Below the pieces are notes generated by a model, which saw nothing but the letters and a program-made list of their open reading frames with translations, did no database searches and was not told the DNA's origin. The translations under genes and the position numbers were made by a program. From a virus, in IMG/VR virus record IMGVR_UViG_3300013132_000025, positions 1-64,000 of that record: a stretch of 64,000 bases of DNA; one strand, 5' to 3'. Shown in pieces: positions 9,883-18,650 of the stretch. Position 1 is the stretch's first letter; every line of letters starts with the position of its first letter.

Positions 9883-10638
9883 TTAACTTGCTTTCTTGCG
9901 GAAACGGCGTAAACCGTGTCCAAGTCGCTTTTCAAGTGACTTTTGTGCGGCGTTTCTAATGTCAACTGTATCAAATGCGCCATAATACTTCAAGTTGCCG
10001 ATGAGGATAAAGTAACGCTTATTCTTACCCTCACCACGGCTTACAGGCCTAGGCCTTAGTTGACGGTACTCAGGATTATTCTTAAGTAGTTCAAGAGTCT
10101 TATCTCTTGCAGCCTTACTTTTCCAACGAGCAACTTTTCCATTAACTGTTAAAAGTTGAGGACGAGCCTGAGTATCTTCAAGCCAGTATTCCCACTTGGG
10201 AGGAGGCGGCAATAGTTTAATTGAGGGAGGGATAATAATAGTTGCCCCGGCAATCGGACGACGGCCAGTTGCTACCATGTTGTCTTTATTTCCTTCAATT
10301 GTTGAAACAGTTCCGTCATTATTGTGCTTAGTAATGATGGCAACATGAACTCCACAGTTCACCCAAAGGGCACCGGGAGGAATTGTACTTCTTCCATCCC
10401 ACTTATATTTCTTACCATTTACACAAATCTGCGAAGTAGCAGGATGATTAATACCACTATCATCTACATCTGCTTCCGCATACATTGCATCAGAATACAT
10501 TCCACACCAAGGTTCACCCTTTAAACCCCACCGAGCCTCCCAACGATCAATATCGGAGCCGCGATTAGAGCCTAGAGGTTGTTCTTTTACACCAAGGTAT
10601 TCAAACGCTTTCTTAACTACTTTTTCACCATTTGTCAT
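9883..10638 (-). CDS. endolysin, CHAP-type peptidoglycan hydrolase
   Basis: E.P.GSNRG..PWCG..HVAI..TIEGN CHAP motifs. Confidence 0.8.
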   Translation of the reverse strand: MTNGEKVVKKAFEYLGVKEQPLGSNRGSDIDRWEARWGLKGEPWCGMYSDAMYAEADVDDSGINHPATSQICVNGKKYKWDGRSTIPPGALWVNCGVHVAIITKHNNDGTVSTIEGNKDNMVATGRRPIAGATIIIPPSIKLLPPPPKWEYWLEDTQARPQLLTVNGKVARWKSKAARDKTLELLKNNPEYRQLRPRPVSRGEGKNKRYFILIGNLKYYGAFDTVDIRNAAQKSLEKRLGHGLRRFRKKAS

Positions 10639-10649
10639 ATATTTTTCCT

Positions 10650-11009
10650 TTACAAAATATTGGGCAACATAGCGCCAATAAATGCACCAACTAATGGGCC
10701 TATAATAGCAGCAGTAATTGCCATTGTCAAATTGCGTGTATGCCGTTTATCTTCTTTACTTTCAACCAGTTCCCGATCCATGCTCTTTTCTGTTTGAGAC
10801 AGTTGGAACTTTAATTGATCTATCTGTAATGTTTGAATTTCGTTTTTTAAACTTTCCACTTGAATTCCCAACTGGCTAAACTTCTCGTCTATAGACTTGG
10901 ACAAATCACCAAACGCATCCCGACTTTCCTGCCTAAAGTCTTCAAATTCTCTATAGTTAACAAAATTTGAATCTTCAGGAGAAATTGTTATAGGGAAACT
11001 GCTTGACAT
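10650..11009 (-). CDS. coiled-coil membrane protein of lysis cassette
   Basis: Heptad region followed by one C-terminal TM helix. Confidence 0.55.
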   Translation of the reverse strand: MSSSFPITISPEDSNFVNYREFEDFRQESRDAFGDLSKSIDEKFSQLGIQVESLKNEIQTLQIDQLKFQLSQTEKSMDRELVESKEDKRHTRNLTMAITAAIIGPLVGAFIGAMLPNIL

Positions 11010-11010
11010 T

Positions 11011-11568
11011 TTAAATCCTTTTCCACTTTGTTGTTCTTATCCCCGGCTGCGGGGTAGTATATTGTTCCATTCCCGGCAAAGTTAATTGAGTTCCCGGTTC
11101 TTCTGGAATGGTAACTTCAGGAACTTGTTGCTGCATAACTTCGTAGTTAGGCATAGGTGCTGGGGGCATTTGCCTTCTCTGCTTAAACAGAGTCATTTGT
11201 GGATCTGAGGTTAAAGGTTGTCCCCAAGATTGCCACATCGCGGCAACAATGTGTGAACAAGGACGACCTTCAAACTTCTTCCATTGCCTTGTTCTTTGCC
11301 ACGCATACTTTCCCCAGTCACAGCCACATTCCCAATTTGTTATCTTATTGTTGTCTGGATTTTCACGATAGATAACCACATCGTACAATCCATTATCTCC
11401 TTGAACTTGACCTTGGACAATCTTAACTTCATTGACATTAAGCAAAACCTGACCGTTATCTTTAATACGTTTTGCTTTATTTCTAACATCAACCCAAGCC
11501 GCTTCCTTTACTAAGGCAACGGCCTCTTTAACTGTTTTTGCTTTCTTAACAACATCTAACTCAGACAT
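11011..11568 (-). CDS. SWIM zinc-finger protein
   Basis: WECGCDW...GRPCSH (CxC..CxH). Confidence 0.7.
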   Translation of the reverse strand: MSELDVVKKAKTVKEAVALVKEAAWVDVRNKAKRIKDNGQVLLNVNEVKIVQGQVQGDNGLYDVVIYRENPDNNKITNWECGCDWGKYAWQRTRQWKKFEGRPCSHIVAAMWQSWGQPLTSDPQMTLFKQRRQMPPAPMPNYEVMQQQVPEVTIPEEPGTQLTLPGMEQYTTPQPGIRTTKWKRI

Positions 11569-13478
11569 TAATAACTCATTGCGTTTACGTTGTAATTTTC
11601 CTGCAAATGCTCAGGATTTGGATCGTCATCATCACGATCTATAGGATATTCATGAGCAATATCCGGTTGTGTATTAATTACTCTGCCGGAACTAAAGTCA
11701 TAAAAGGCTATTTGTTGTTCTTGTTGGGCCAGTCGTAAGGCGTTTATTTCTTCTGGGACAATTCTTATTAGGTCTAGATAAACTAAGCCTTTCCCACCTT
11801 TTGTGTCATTCCAAGATCCGATTTTTACATCAGGATTGTGAGATAAGAACTTAGCGTGTTCATTTTTAAATCTTTTCACATCTTCTGCATCAAAATGATT
11901 AATATCAATAGCAGTTCCGTGATCGTTAAGGCCGACCCCAAATCCTTCTCCTTCGTACCCTGAGAAGTCTGAGTTCCAAGTAAAGCCTTGTCCTTCTTCA
12001 AATGTTTTGCTTATACCTTTGTGAAAATTAGGATGAACGTTTGCGGCAAATTTCATTTTTGATGATACCTTAGAGGGGTATAGAGTTTTTACAATATTTA
12101 ACAATTCTTGACGATTGTTTAGGGAAGGATGCTCAATGACCAAATCCATTATTTTTTTAATTATTTGCCCAACTTGTGGGCCTGATGAGATCCCCAATAA
12201 CTTAATAATATCATTACCGTTAATTGCAAGGTCTTTAGGAGAAAAAACTGCTTGCGATGCGGCTTCATTATTAATAAGACTTCTCATCTTATCAGTCATC
12301 ATCCGGGTAGCATTTTCATTACCTTTGCCCATATGATCTGCTTCTCGGAGGTTAAGTAGGTCGTGGGCTGTTTCTGGCGATCCTGAGTTATTAAGAAACT
12401 TTCTTGCGCCTTTTGGAGAATTAAAAGAAGGAAACATATGATTGTTAATTAAGTGTTTAATTCTACCAATTCGGTTTGCGGGATAGCGAAGCCTTGACAA
12501 TATTCCTTCAGCCATTTCTGCGCCAACTTCGTCGTGATTAGCACCTTGTCCTTGCTCTCCTTTATAGAAATGACCCACCCCGTTTTCATCTTCCCACATG
12601 GATGAGGGCTTACCAATATCGTGCAATAATGCTGCCATACGAACATCGGTGTCACTTGTCAATCCCGAAACATTTTTTAATACATTCATAATGTGTGTGC
12701 CTAAATCATGCTTATGATAAAAGTTTTTTTGATCAAACCCAAATGTGGAGTGAACTTCGGGAAGAAAATGATCTAACACTCCAGTTTCTTGACCAAGTTT
12801 AATTGCCTCAGATGGATAATTGCCTGACAAAATCTTTTCTAATTCTTGTCCAACGGTTTCCATTGGTGTCTTTTTGAGATGTGGGGCGTGCAATCTCATT
12901 TGTTCTTTTGTTTCTTCATCTGGTTGAAGTCCGTGTTTGCTTAAGGCGGTTAAGGCTCTCATTGTGCGAGAAGAATCATCACGAAAAGAATTTGAGTGAA
13001 CCGTTTTTAGAACACCATTTTCAATATCTTTTAATCCGTCAAATGGATCAACGACTTGTCCGGTTTTAGCATTTACAGCAATTGCGTTTGCAGTAAAATC
13101 TCTTCTTTCTAAATCTTTTTCTACAGGAATAGAAGAGTCAGATTTAATCTGCCAATCTTTATTTCCTTCTCCAGTTTTTACTTCAATACGAGGAAGAGCA
13201 ATCTCTACTTCGCTTCCCCCATAATTAAAACGATATACTGGGAATTGCTTTCCGGTCAAAGATAATTTTCCTTTAGGAACGCTTTTTAAGACTGATTCAA
13301 TTGTATCTCCGTTGACCTTAGCCATAATGTCAATATCTTTAGGCTTTTTGCCAAGGACAACATCTCTTGGCGCTCCACCGACAACATAAACTTCTCCAAA
13401 AGGGGAGAGGCTGTCAACTGCCATCTTTGCAGCGGGGTCATCATTTACAAGTCTTAAAATTGTTTCCGATAAATTCAT
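11568..13478 (-). CDS. cca: CCA-adding tRNA nucleotidyltransferase (class II, HD domain) with extra C-terminal domain
   Basis: VVGGAPRD..KDIDI, DLERRDFTANAIA, DPFDG, FRDDSSR, HD motif LLHDIGK, DLAINGNDI...GPQVG. Confidence 0.9.
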   Translation of the reverse strand: MNLSETILRLVNDDPAAKMAVDSLSPFGEVYVVGGAPRDVVLGKKPKDIDIMAKVNGDTIESVLKSVPKGKLSLTGKQFPVYRFNYGGSEVEIALPRIEVKTGEGNKDWQIKSDSSIPVEKDLERRDFTANAIAVNAKTGQVVDPFDGLKDIENGVLKTVHSNSFRDDSSRTMRALTALSKHGLQPDEETKEQMRLHAPHLKKTPMETVGQELEKILSGNYPSEAIKLGQETGVLDHFLPEVHSTFGFDQKNFYHKHDLGTHIMNVLKNVSGLTSDTDVRMAALLHDIGKPSSMWEDENGVGHFYKGEQGQGANHDEVGAEMAEGILSRLRYPANRIGRIKHLINNHMFPSFNSPKGARKFLNNSGSPETAHDLLNLREADHMGKGNENATRMMTDKMRSLINNEAASQAVFSPKDLAINGNDIIKLLGISSGPQVGQIIKKIMDLVIEHPSLNNRQELLNIVKTLYPSKVSSKMKFAANVHPNFHKGISKTFEEGQGFTWNSDFSGYEGEGFGVGLNDHGTAIDINHFDAEDVKRFKNEHAKFLSHNPDVKIGSWNDTKGGKGLVYLDLIRIVPEEINALRLAQQEQQIAFYDFSSGRVINTQPDIAHEYPIDRDDDDPNPEHLQENYNVNAMSY

Positions 13479-14171
13479 TTACGCAATCCTCTGGCCAATA
13501 TTTCTCAATCTGTCAAATGTTCCATTATTGTCAAGAAATTTATAAATAATATTTCCTTCACTATAGTCGCCATAAATGATTTGATCTTCTTTTCTTCTCT
13601 GATGTGCAATTTTGTACATCGCTTTAGCATCATCATATTTATTGGCATCTATTAATGAATTAATCTTGTCTGAAAACTGAATCCCTGTTGCAATCCAATC
13701 TGGCTTTTCTTCAGTTATATCAACTGATTTTGAGCGATCTGGTTTAACAACCCAATCATCTTTTTGAAAGTCCCAAGCAGCCCTCATTCCGAGGGAAAAG
13801 AGGTCGTAAATATCTATTCCATAAGGCTGTACAAAATGTTGATACCTATGAAGTGTTCTGGGGAAGAATTCTCCATCTAAAGAATTAACCACAATTGAAA
13901 TAAGATCTGCACGATCTTCTTCACTAAAGTCATCAAGGTTACAAACAATAGATACATCAACATCTGATGTTTCAGAATATTGATATGTGCAGAGCGAACC
14001 AGTCAGAAAATAATCAAAGGCATGTTTGTTAAACCCGTACTGACGAAAGACTTCATTTACATGATCTAAATGATAATCAAATAGTTCTTTTTTAGGAGTC
14101 ATCCCGTTGAACACATCTTGATCAAGTGTGGCATGAATTGGATCTAATATGTTGGCTTCTTTAGTTTTCAT
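13479..14171 (-). CDS. Pol-beta superfamily nucleotidyltransferase
   Basis: LTGS....Y...SDVDVSI motif; C-terminal GDYSEGNIIYKFL. Confidence 0.7.
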   Translation of the reverse strand: MKTKEANILDPIHATLDQDVFNGMTPKKELFDYHLDHVNEVFRQYGFNKHAFDYFLTGSLCTYQYSETSDVDVSIVCNLDDFSEEDRADLISIVVNSLDGEFFPRTLHRYQHFVQPYGIDIYDLFSLGMRAAWDFQKDDWVVKPDRSKSVDITEEKPDWIATGIQFSDKINSLIDANKYDDAKAMYKIAHQRRKEDQIIYGDYSEGNIIYKFLDNNGTFDRLRNIGQRIA

Positions 14172-15107
14172 TTAAAAAATATCTTTCGGGTCTGGAGATT
14201 CTTCATATTTTTGTTGCCAGTCAACTCCATGAACTCGTCTTTCAGGAAGGCGAGATTGGTGATACGGATCTGGATGGAAATTACTAAAATCAAAAGGCAT
14301 GTTTTCAATTAGCGGAATAGCACCTTTTGCAGATTTACTAAAACTTCCAATCGCGTGAGGGAGCATATATGCGTCTACCGCATTGTCATCATATCTCATA
14401 GTAAGCCCAATTGTTGCTGGAGAATAATTATCCCACAAACTTGTGTGAGAGAGTTTGTCAGCAATTGCTTTCTTTGAAGATTTTGCGCCGTATCCAGTAA
14501 CTATATATTTGTATGGTCTCAAGTTATGACCAGATGACGCTTTAATTTCGGCAGCAAAAGGTTCCTTGCCGTTACCAACATCATAATTGAATAAAGCATC
14601 TACGGGATGTTGGTCTGCCTCAACATCATGTTCATCATCAGAAAGCATCTGTAGCCCCGGAATGCGCCCGTGCCTTATAATCATTTCACCCAGACGACCA
14701 ACAAGGCGATTTCTTATCTTCATAGTGTCAGGATCTTCATCAGGGTGGATGTGACCCGGAGAGTTCATATATTGACCAAATTCTGGGTACTCATCAAAAT
14801 CTAGTCTTTCCAGTTTCTTTTTGGGAACAATAATTTTGCTTGCGGCAGTTACAAGTTTATCTGCAACATGAATATCTGAAGCAGAGATAACTTTATCTGG
14901 ATAAGATGCATTCCACAGTCTCGTAAAGTAATCAAGATTTGCCGGGGCAGTGACATTATCTTGGTGCAGCACAACTTTCCAGCCATCATCTGTTTGATGG
15001 AGTTCTCCAGAGATGTACTCGCCCTCTGGATCGGCAGTATTATAATTATCCGTTACAAGGATCAGGTCGTTCTTGATATCCCACAATATTTGCTTCATGG
15101 CCTTCAT
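14172..15107 (-). CDS. PD-(D/E)XK nuclease-fold protein
   Basis: GRLGE ... HPVDAL ... AEIKAS. Confidence 0.55.
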   Translation of the reverse strand: MKAMKQILWDIKNDLILVTDNYNTADPEGEYISGELHQTDDGWKVVLHQDNVTAPANLDYFTRLWNASYPDKVISASDIHVADKLVTAASKIIVPKKKLERLDFDEYPEFGQYMNSPGHIHPDEDPDTMKIRNRLVGRLGEMIIRHGRIPGLQMLSDDEHDVEADQHPVDALFNYDVGNGKEPFAAEIKASSGHNLRPYKYIVTGYGAKSSKKAIADKLSHTSLWDNYSPATIGLTMRYDDNAVDAYMLPHAIGSFSKSAKGAIPLIENMPFDFSNFHPDPYHQSRLPERRVHGVDWQQKYEESPDPKDIF

Positions 15108-15346
15108 TATCTTATATCCAACAAACTTTCATAATATCCGGTAAAAAACGCGAGCGCAAAGTAATACATCTCTTTTCGTTCGATTTGGTTTTCAATTGCT
15201 GAGTCCCAAAACTTTTCCATCGCATCTCCAAAAGAATGATCTATCTTTTTAAAATAGTCTCTCTTTTTCTTATGCCCTAGTCCGTCAATTATCTTATCAA
15301 CTGACCTAAGCCATGCCGCTCCGATTATGGTGTCCATATTATACAT
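15107..15346 (-). CDS. hypothetical protein
   Basis: 79 aa with SD GGGGGTGA upstream. Confidence 0.6.
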   Translation of the reverse strand: MYNMDTIIGAAWLRSVDKIIDGLGHKKKRDYFKKIDHSFGDAMEKFWDSAIENQIERKEMYYFALAFFTGYYESLLDIR

Positions 15347-15440
15347 GGAATCACCCCCAAAAGGCTTAAATAGGTGCTACACTACAAGTTAAGGAGTAGT
15401 AATTATAGGTTACTTAGTGAATACAGAAAGGATATAACTG

Positions 15441-15875
15441 TTGGTAGAACTACCTATAGAACTTACTAAAGATGTAAGCCTAATGCTTGAAAAAGCACAT
15501 GATGGAGATGCTGGTTTTGATCTTCTAGCATCAGAAGAAGTCAACTTAGTTCCCGGAGAAGTTAGTGTTGTTTCTACAGGAATGGCAATGGCAATTCCAG
15601 ATGGATATTGTGGATTAGTCTTGCCAAGATCTTCTATGGGGAAGCATGGAATTATTATTCCTAATTCTCCCGGACTGATTGATTCTGGTTATCGTGGTGA
15701 AGTTAAAGTTCTGCTCTTGAATCTGACGAAGGAAAACTATAGAGTCTATATAGACAACAAGATCGCCCAACTCGTAATCGTCAAGTACGAAAATGTAAAT
15801 GCGATAGAAGTTCCTAAATTGCCACAGTCTCATGACGGAAGAGGTGTCAGCGGGTTCGGATCTTCTGGAAAATAA
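15441..15875 (+). CDS. dut: dUTPase (trimeric)
   Basis: AGFDL, PRSS, GLIDSGYRGE, KIAQLV, RG..GFGSSG. Confidence 0.95.
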   Translation: MVELPIELTKDVSLMLEKAHDGDAGFDLLASEEVNLVPGEVSVVSTGMAMAIPDGYCGLVLPRSSMGKHGIIIPNSPGLIDSGYRGEVKVLLLNLTKENYRVYIDNKIAQLVIVKYENVNAIEVPKLPQSHDGRGVSGFGSSGK

Positions 15876-15942
15876 GATCTTAAAACAAGCAACTTACAAG
15901 ACATTAAATATTACTTTCGTCTGATTTGTAAAAGGAGTTAGA

Positions 15943-17754
15943 ATGGTAGAGATGCAGAGTAAAGAAAAGTTTGAGCCGTCAGGATTGGGCGAGATTATCT
16001 TTAGAGAAAGATACGCTCGCAATGAGGAAGAGAGTTGGGAAGAGGCCTGTGAAAGAGTTGCGCGTCATATTGCCGACGCAGAGACTAATGGAAAGGTCAA
16101 TAAATATGCAGAGAAGTTTTACGAAGAACTTGTCAGTAACAGGTTCATGCCCGGAGGGCGTATCTGGTATGGTGCCGGTCGTCCCAAGGGTCAATTGCTT
16201 AATTGTTTTGTTATTCCAGTAGACGATTCCCGAGAAGGTTGGGGAAAGATGCTTTACGACACTACAGTTATTTCTGGACTCGGTGGCGGCATTGGTGCTA
16301 ATTATTCTAAGCCCCGCCCCCGTGGTTTTGCTATCAAGGGAACTGGTGGAGTTTCAACTGGCGCTGTTTCTGCTATGAAGATGCAGGATGGTATTGCTAA
16401 TGAACTTCGTCAGGGTGGTGGCCGTCGTGCTGCTCTTATGCAGTGTCTAAATATTAACCACCCCGACCTTGAAGAGTTTCTTCATGTTAAATTGGATCGC
16501 AAGGAACTTGAGAACGCAAACATTTCTGTTGTTCTTAATATGCCGACAGAAGAGTTTGTAAGACTAGTGCAAGAAGATGGCGATATTGAACTAGAGTTTA
16601 ATGGGCTTCCCACAGGTGAGGTACTTAAGGCCAAAGGGGTTTGGGAAACTCTTGTAACAAATGCGTGGAATTCTGGAGAGCCGGGTGTGCTTAATGGGCA
16701 CCTTGCCAACAAAATGAACAACATTTATTATTATGAGGAACTTATCTCAACCAACCCTTGTGGAGAAATTTGGCTTGGGGCATATGATTGTTGTGATCTT
16801 GGCGCTCTTGTCCTTCCTCGTTTTGTAAAGGATGGAGAATTTGATTGGGATCAGTTTGATGCATCAATTCGTCTTGCTGTTCGTTTTCTAGATAACGTTC
16901 TTGACGTTAATTATTTTCCACTTTCAGAAATTCAAGAGAAGTGCCATTTAAATCGTCGTCTTGGCGCTGGTGTCATGGGTCTTCACACGATGCTTCTTAA
17001 GTTGGGTCTTCGTTATGATTCAGATGAAGGTTTTGCTTTTGTAGATAAGTTGTTTGAGTTTTACAAAAATGCTGCTTATGATGCTTCTTGCACGCTTGCC
17101 GCAGAAAAGGGGCCGTTCCCCGGATTTGATCGTGAAAAATATTTGCAGGGAGGTTTTGCAAAAACTCTTAAGCGTGGCATCCGTAACAAGATTAAGGCTC
17201 ATGGTCTTCGCAATTGTGCCCTCATGACAATTGCCCCTACGGGCACGACTTCAATGGTATCTGGCGTGACTAGCGGTATTGAACCTCTATTTGCTCCAGT
17301 GTATTGGCGTCGTTATCGTATTAGTGATGATAAGGGCCGCGATCAAAAGAAGCAAGAACTTGTTATTACAGATGAATACAAAGAATTTGGAGAGATTGCT
17401 GTAGGAGCCTACGACATTCCAGTTAAGGCTCATTTTGAAATGCAAAAGACTGTGCAAAAGCACATTGATAATGCTGTATCAAAGACTATTAATCTTCCAA
17501 AGGACTATCCGCTGGATAACCTTAGCGACATTTGGCTAGAATATCTAGACTCATGTAAAGGAAGTACAATTTATCGTCAAGGTTCTCGCGGAGAGGAACC
17601 TCTGGAACACATTCCAGTCGCTGAGGCTAAGAAAATTATTAAGGAGCAGGGAGTTGTTATTGAAGGTTCAAACTTTGCCGAACTCAATTCTCTTGAGTGT
17701 GTTGGTGGAGTTTGCGACATTCCCACAAGTGAGGAAATTTTAGTCAAAGCATAG
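15943..17754 (+). CDS. nrdJ: class II (adenosylcobalamin-dependent) ribonucleotide reductase
   Basis: LLNCFV, TNPCGE, TIAPTGT, C-terminal CxxxxC; no beta subunit nearby; SD AAGGAG. Confidence 0.85.
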   Translation: MVEMQSKEKFEPSGLGEIIFRERYARNEEESWEEACERVARHIADAETNGKVNKYAEKFYEELVSNRFMPGGRIWYGAGRPKGQLLNCFVIPVDDSREGWGKMLYDTTVISGLGGGIGANYSKPRPRGFAIKGTGGVSTGAVSAMKMQDGIANELRQGGGRRAALMQCLNINHPDLEEFLHVKLDRKELENANISVVLNMPTEEFVRLVQEDGDIELEFNGLPTGEVLKAKGVWETLVTNAWNSGEPGVLNGHLANKMNNIYYYEELISTNPCGEIWLGAYDCCDLGALVLPRFVKDGEFDWDQFDASIRLAVRFLDNVLDVNYFPLSEIQEKCHLNRRLGAGVMGLHTMLLKLGLRYDSDEGFAFVDKLFEFYKNAAYDASCTLAAEKGPFPGFDREKYLQGGFAKTLKRGIRNKIKAHGLRNCALMTIAPTGTTSMVSGVTSGIEPLFAPVYWRRYRISDDKGRDQKKQELVITDEYKEFGEIAVGAYDIPVKAHFEMQKTVQKHIDNAVSKTINLPKDYPLDNLSDIWLEYLDSCKGSTIYRQGSRGEEPLEHIPVAEAKKIIKEQGVVIEGSNFAELNSLECVGGVCDIPTSEEILVKA

Positions 17755-17783
17755 TTGACAATTCTATCTACTGTTGATAGATT
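17755..17783 (+). promoter_or_regulatory. sigma70/SigA-type promoter of tRNA operon
   Basis: TTGACA-N17-TAGATT with extended TG; inverted repeat TCTATC/GATAGA overlaps the spacer and -10. Confidence 0.75.
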
Positions 17784-17789
17784 GAAAGT

Positions 17790-17831
17790 ATGGGGCCGGG
17801 GGTTTGATTGTCTCCTTTACCTCGGCCCCAT
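17790..17831 (+). ncRNA. candidate small hairpin RNA with anti-SD loop
   Basis: Stem ATGGGGCCGGGG/CCTCGGCCCCAT enclosing TTGATTGTCTCCTTT; starts at the predicted +1. Confidence 0.45.
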
Positions 17832-17835
17832 TCCT

Positions 17836-17907
17836 TCGGGAGTAGTTCAGAGGTAGAACGAATGGCTGTTAACCATTATGTCGCAGGTTCGATCCCTGCC
17901 TCCCGAG
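17836..17907 (+). tRNA. trnN: tRNA-Asn(GTT)
   Basis: TCGGGAG/CTCCCGA acceptor, AATGG-CTGTTAA-CCATT, TTCGATC loop; no CCA. Confidence 0.95.
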
Positions 17908-17910
17908 TAA

Positions 17911-17981
17911 GCGGCTATAGTTTAGCGGTAGAACACTGGCCTTCCAAGCCATTAGCGCGGGTTCGATTCCCGCTAGCCGCT
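17911..17981 (+). tRNA. trnG: tRNA-Gly(TCC)
   Basis: GCGGCTA/TAGCCGC, CTTCCAA loop, U73; no CCA. Confidence 0.95.
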
Positions 17982-18009
17982 TAAAATAAAAACAAAGATT
18001 GGAGTATAT

Positions 18010-18190
18010 TATGATTAATGAACGCAAAAAGAACACAGATCTTCACAAGGGTAATCCAGAAATACTTCACCCAAACAAGTCCGAACAAGACAGAATGCCT
18101 TCAGCAGAAAGGCCTAGAGTTAAGAAAGCCCAGCAATGGGCAGACAATATGCAAAAGGAGAGACCTAGCGGCATAGGCTTAAACGGTTAG
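18010..18190 (+). CDS. small hypothetical protein between tRNAs
   Basis: ORF 17999..18190; GGAG precedes ATG at 18010. Confidence 0.45.
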
Positions 18191-18200
18191 TCTTATGCTT

Positions 18201-18273
<73 letters not shown>

Positions 18274-18276
18274 TTT

Positions 18277-18349
18277 GGGCGAGTAACTCAGCGGTTAGAG
18301 TGCCTGCTTTACACGCAGGAGGTCGGGGGTTCAAATCCCTCCTTGCCCA
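18277..18349 (+). tRNA. trnV: tRNA-Val(TAC)
   Basis: GGGCGAG/CTTGCCC, CCTGC-TTTACAC-GCAGG. Confidence 0.95.
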
Positions 18350-18355
18350 TCAGAA

Positions 18356-18439
18356 CGGAGCGTGGTGGAATTGGTAGACACAGCAGACTCAAAATCTGCC
18401 GGGGGTAACTCCGTGGGGGTTCAAATCCCTCCGCTCCGA
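18356..18439 (+). tRNA. trnL: tRNA-Leu(CAA)
   Basis: CGGAGCG/CGCTCCG, GCAGA-CTCAAAA-TCTGC, long variable arm. Confidence 0.95.
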
Positions 18440-18440
18440 C

Positions 18441-18512
18441 TGGCCTATCGTTCAATGGTAAGGACGCGATTCTTATAAAGTCGTAATTCGGGTTCGATTC
18501 CCGGTGGGCCTA
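18441..18512 (+). tRNA. trnI: tRNA-Ile(TAT)
   Basis: TGGCCTA/TGGGCCT (U1-U72 mismatch), CGATT-CTTATAA-AGTCG, TTCGATT loop, A73. Confidence 0.85.
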
Positions 18513-18650
18513 TTTTCATATCATAGATGGTTAGAAAGGGAAGACACAAGAAGTAAATCGGTAGTTATCAGATATGAAAACGTAACCACTCGTTTTAAAG
18601 TTAAAAAACGAGCAGATAAGTTCTAACCTAACCCACAACAAAAGGTATTT

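Noticed and set aside
15943-17754. Intein or intron in the ribonucleotide reductase
   Set aside because: Compact 603-aa continuous ORF with no splice motifs
17761-17783. TCTACTGTTGATAGAT resembles a Cas12a repeat
   Set aside because: Single imperfect copy, fully explained as promoter spacer plus -10 box
18513-18650. c-di-AMP (ydaO) riboswitch before the Rpf-like gene
   Set aside because: Conserved GCUGAAUCC/GGGGA/CAGCUAA elements are not present
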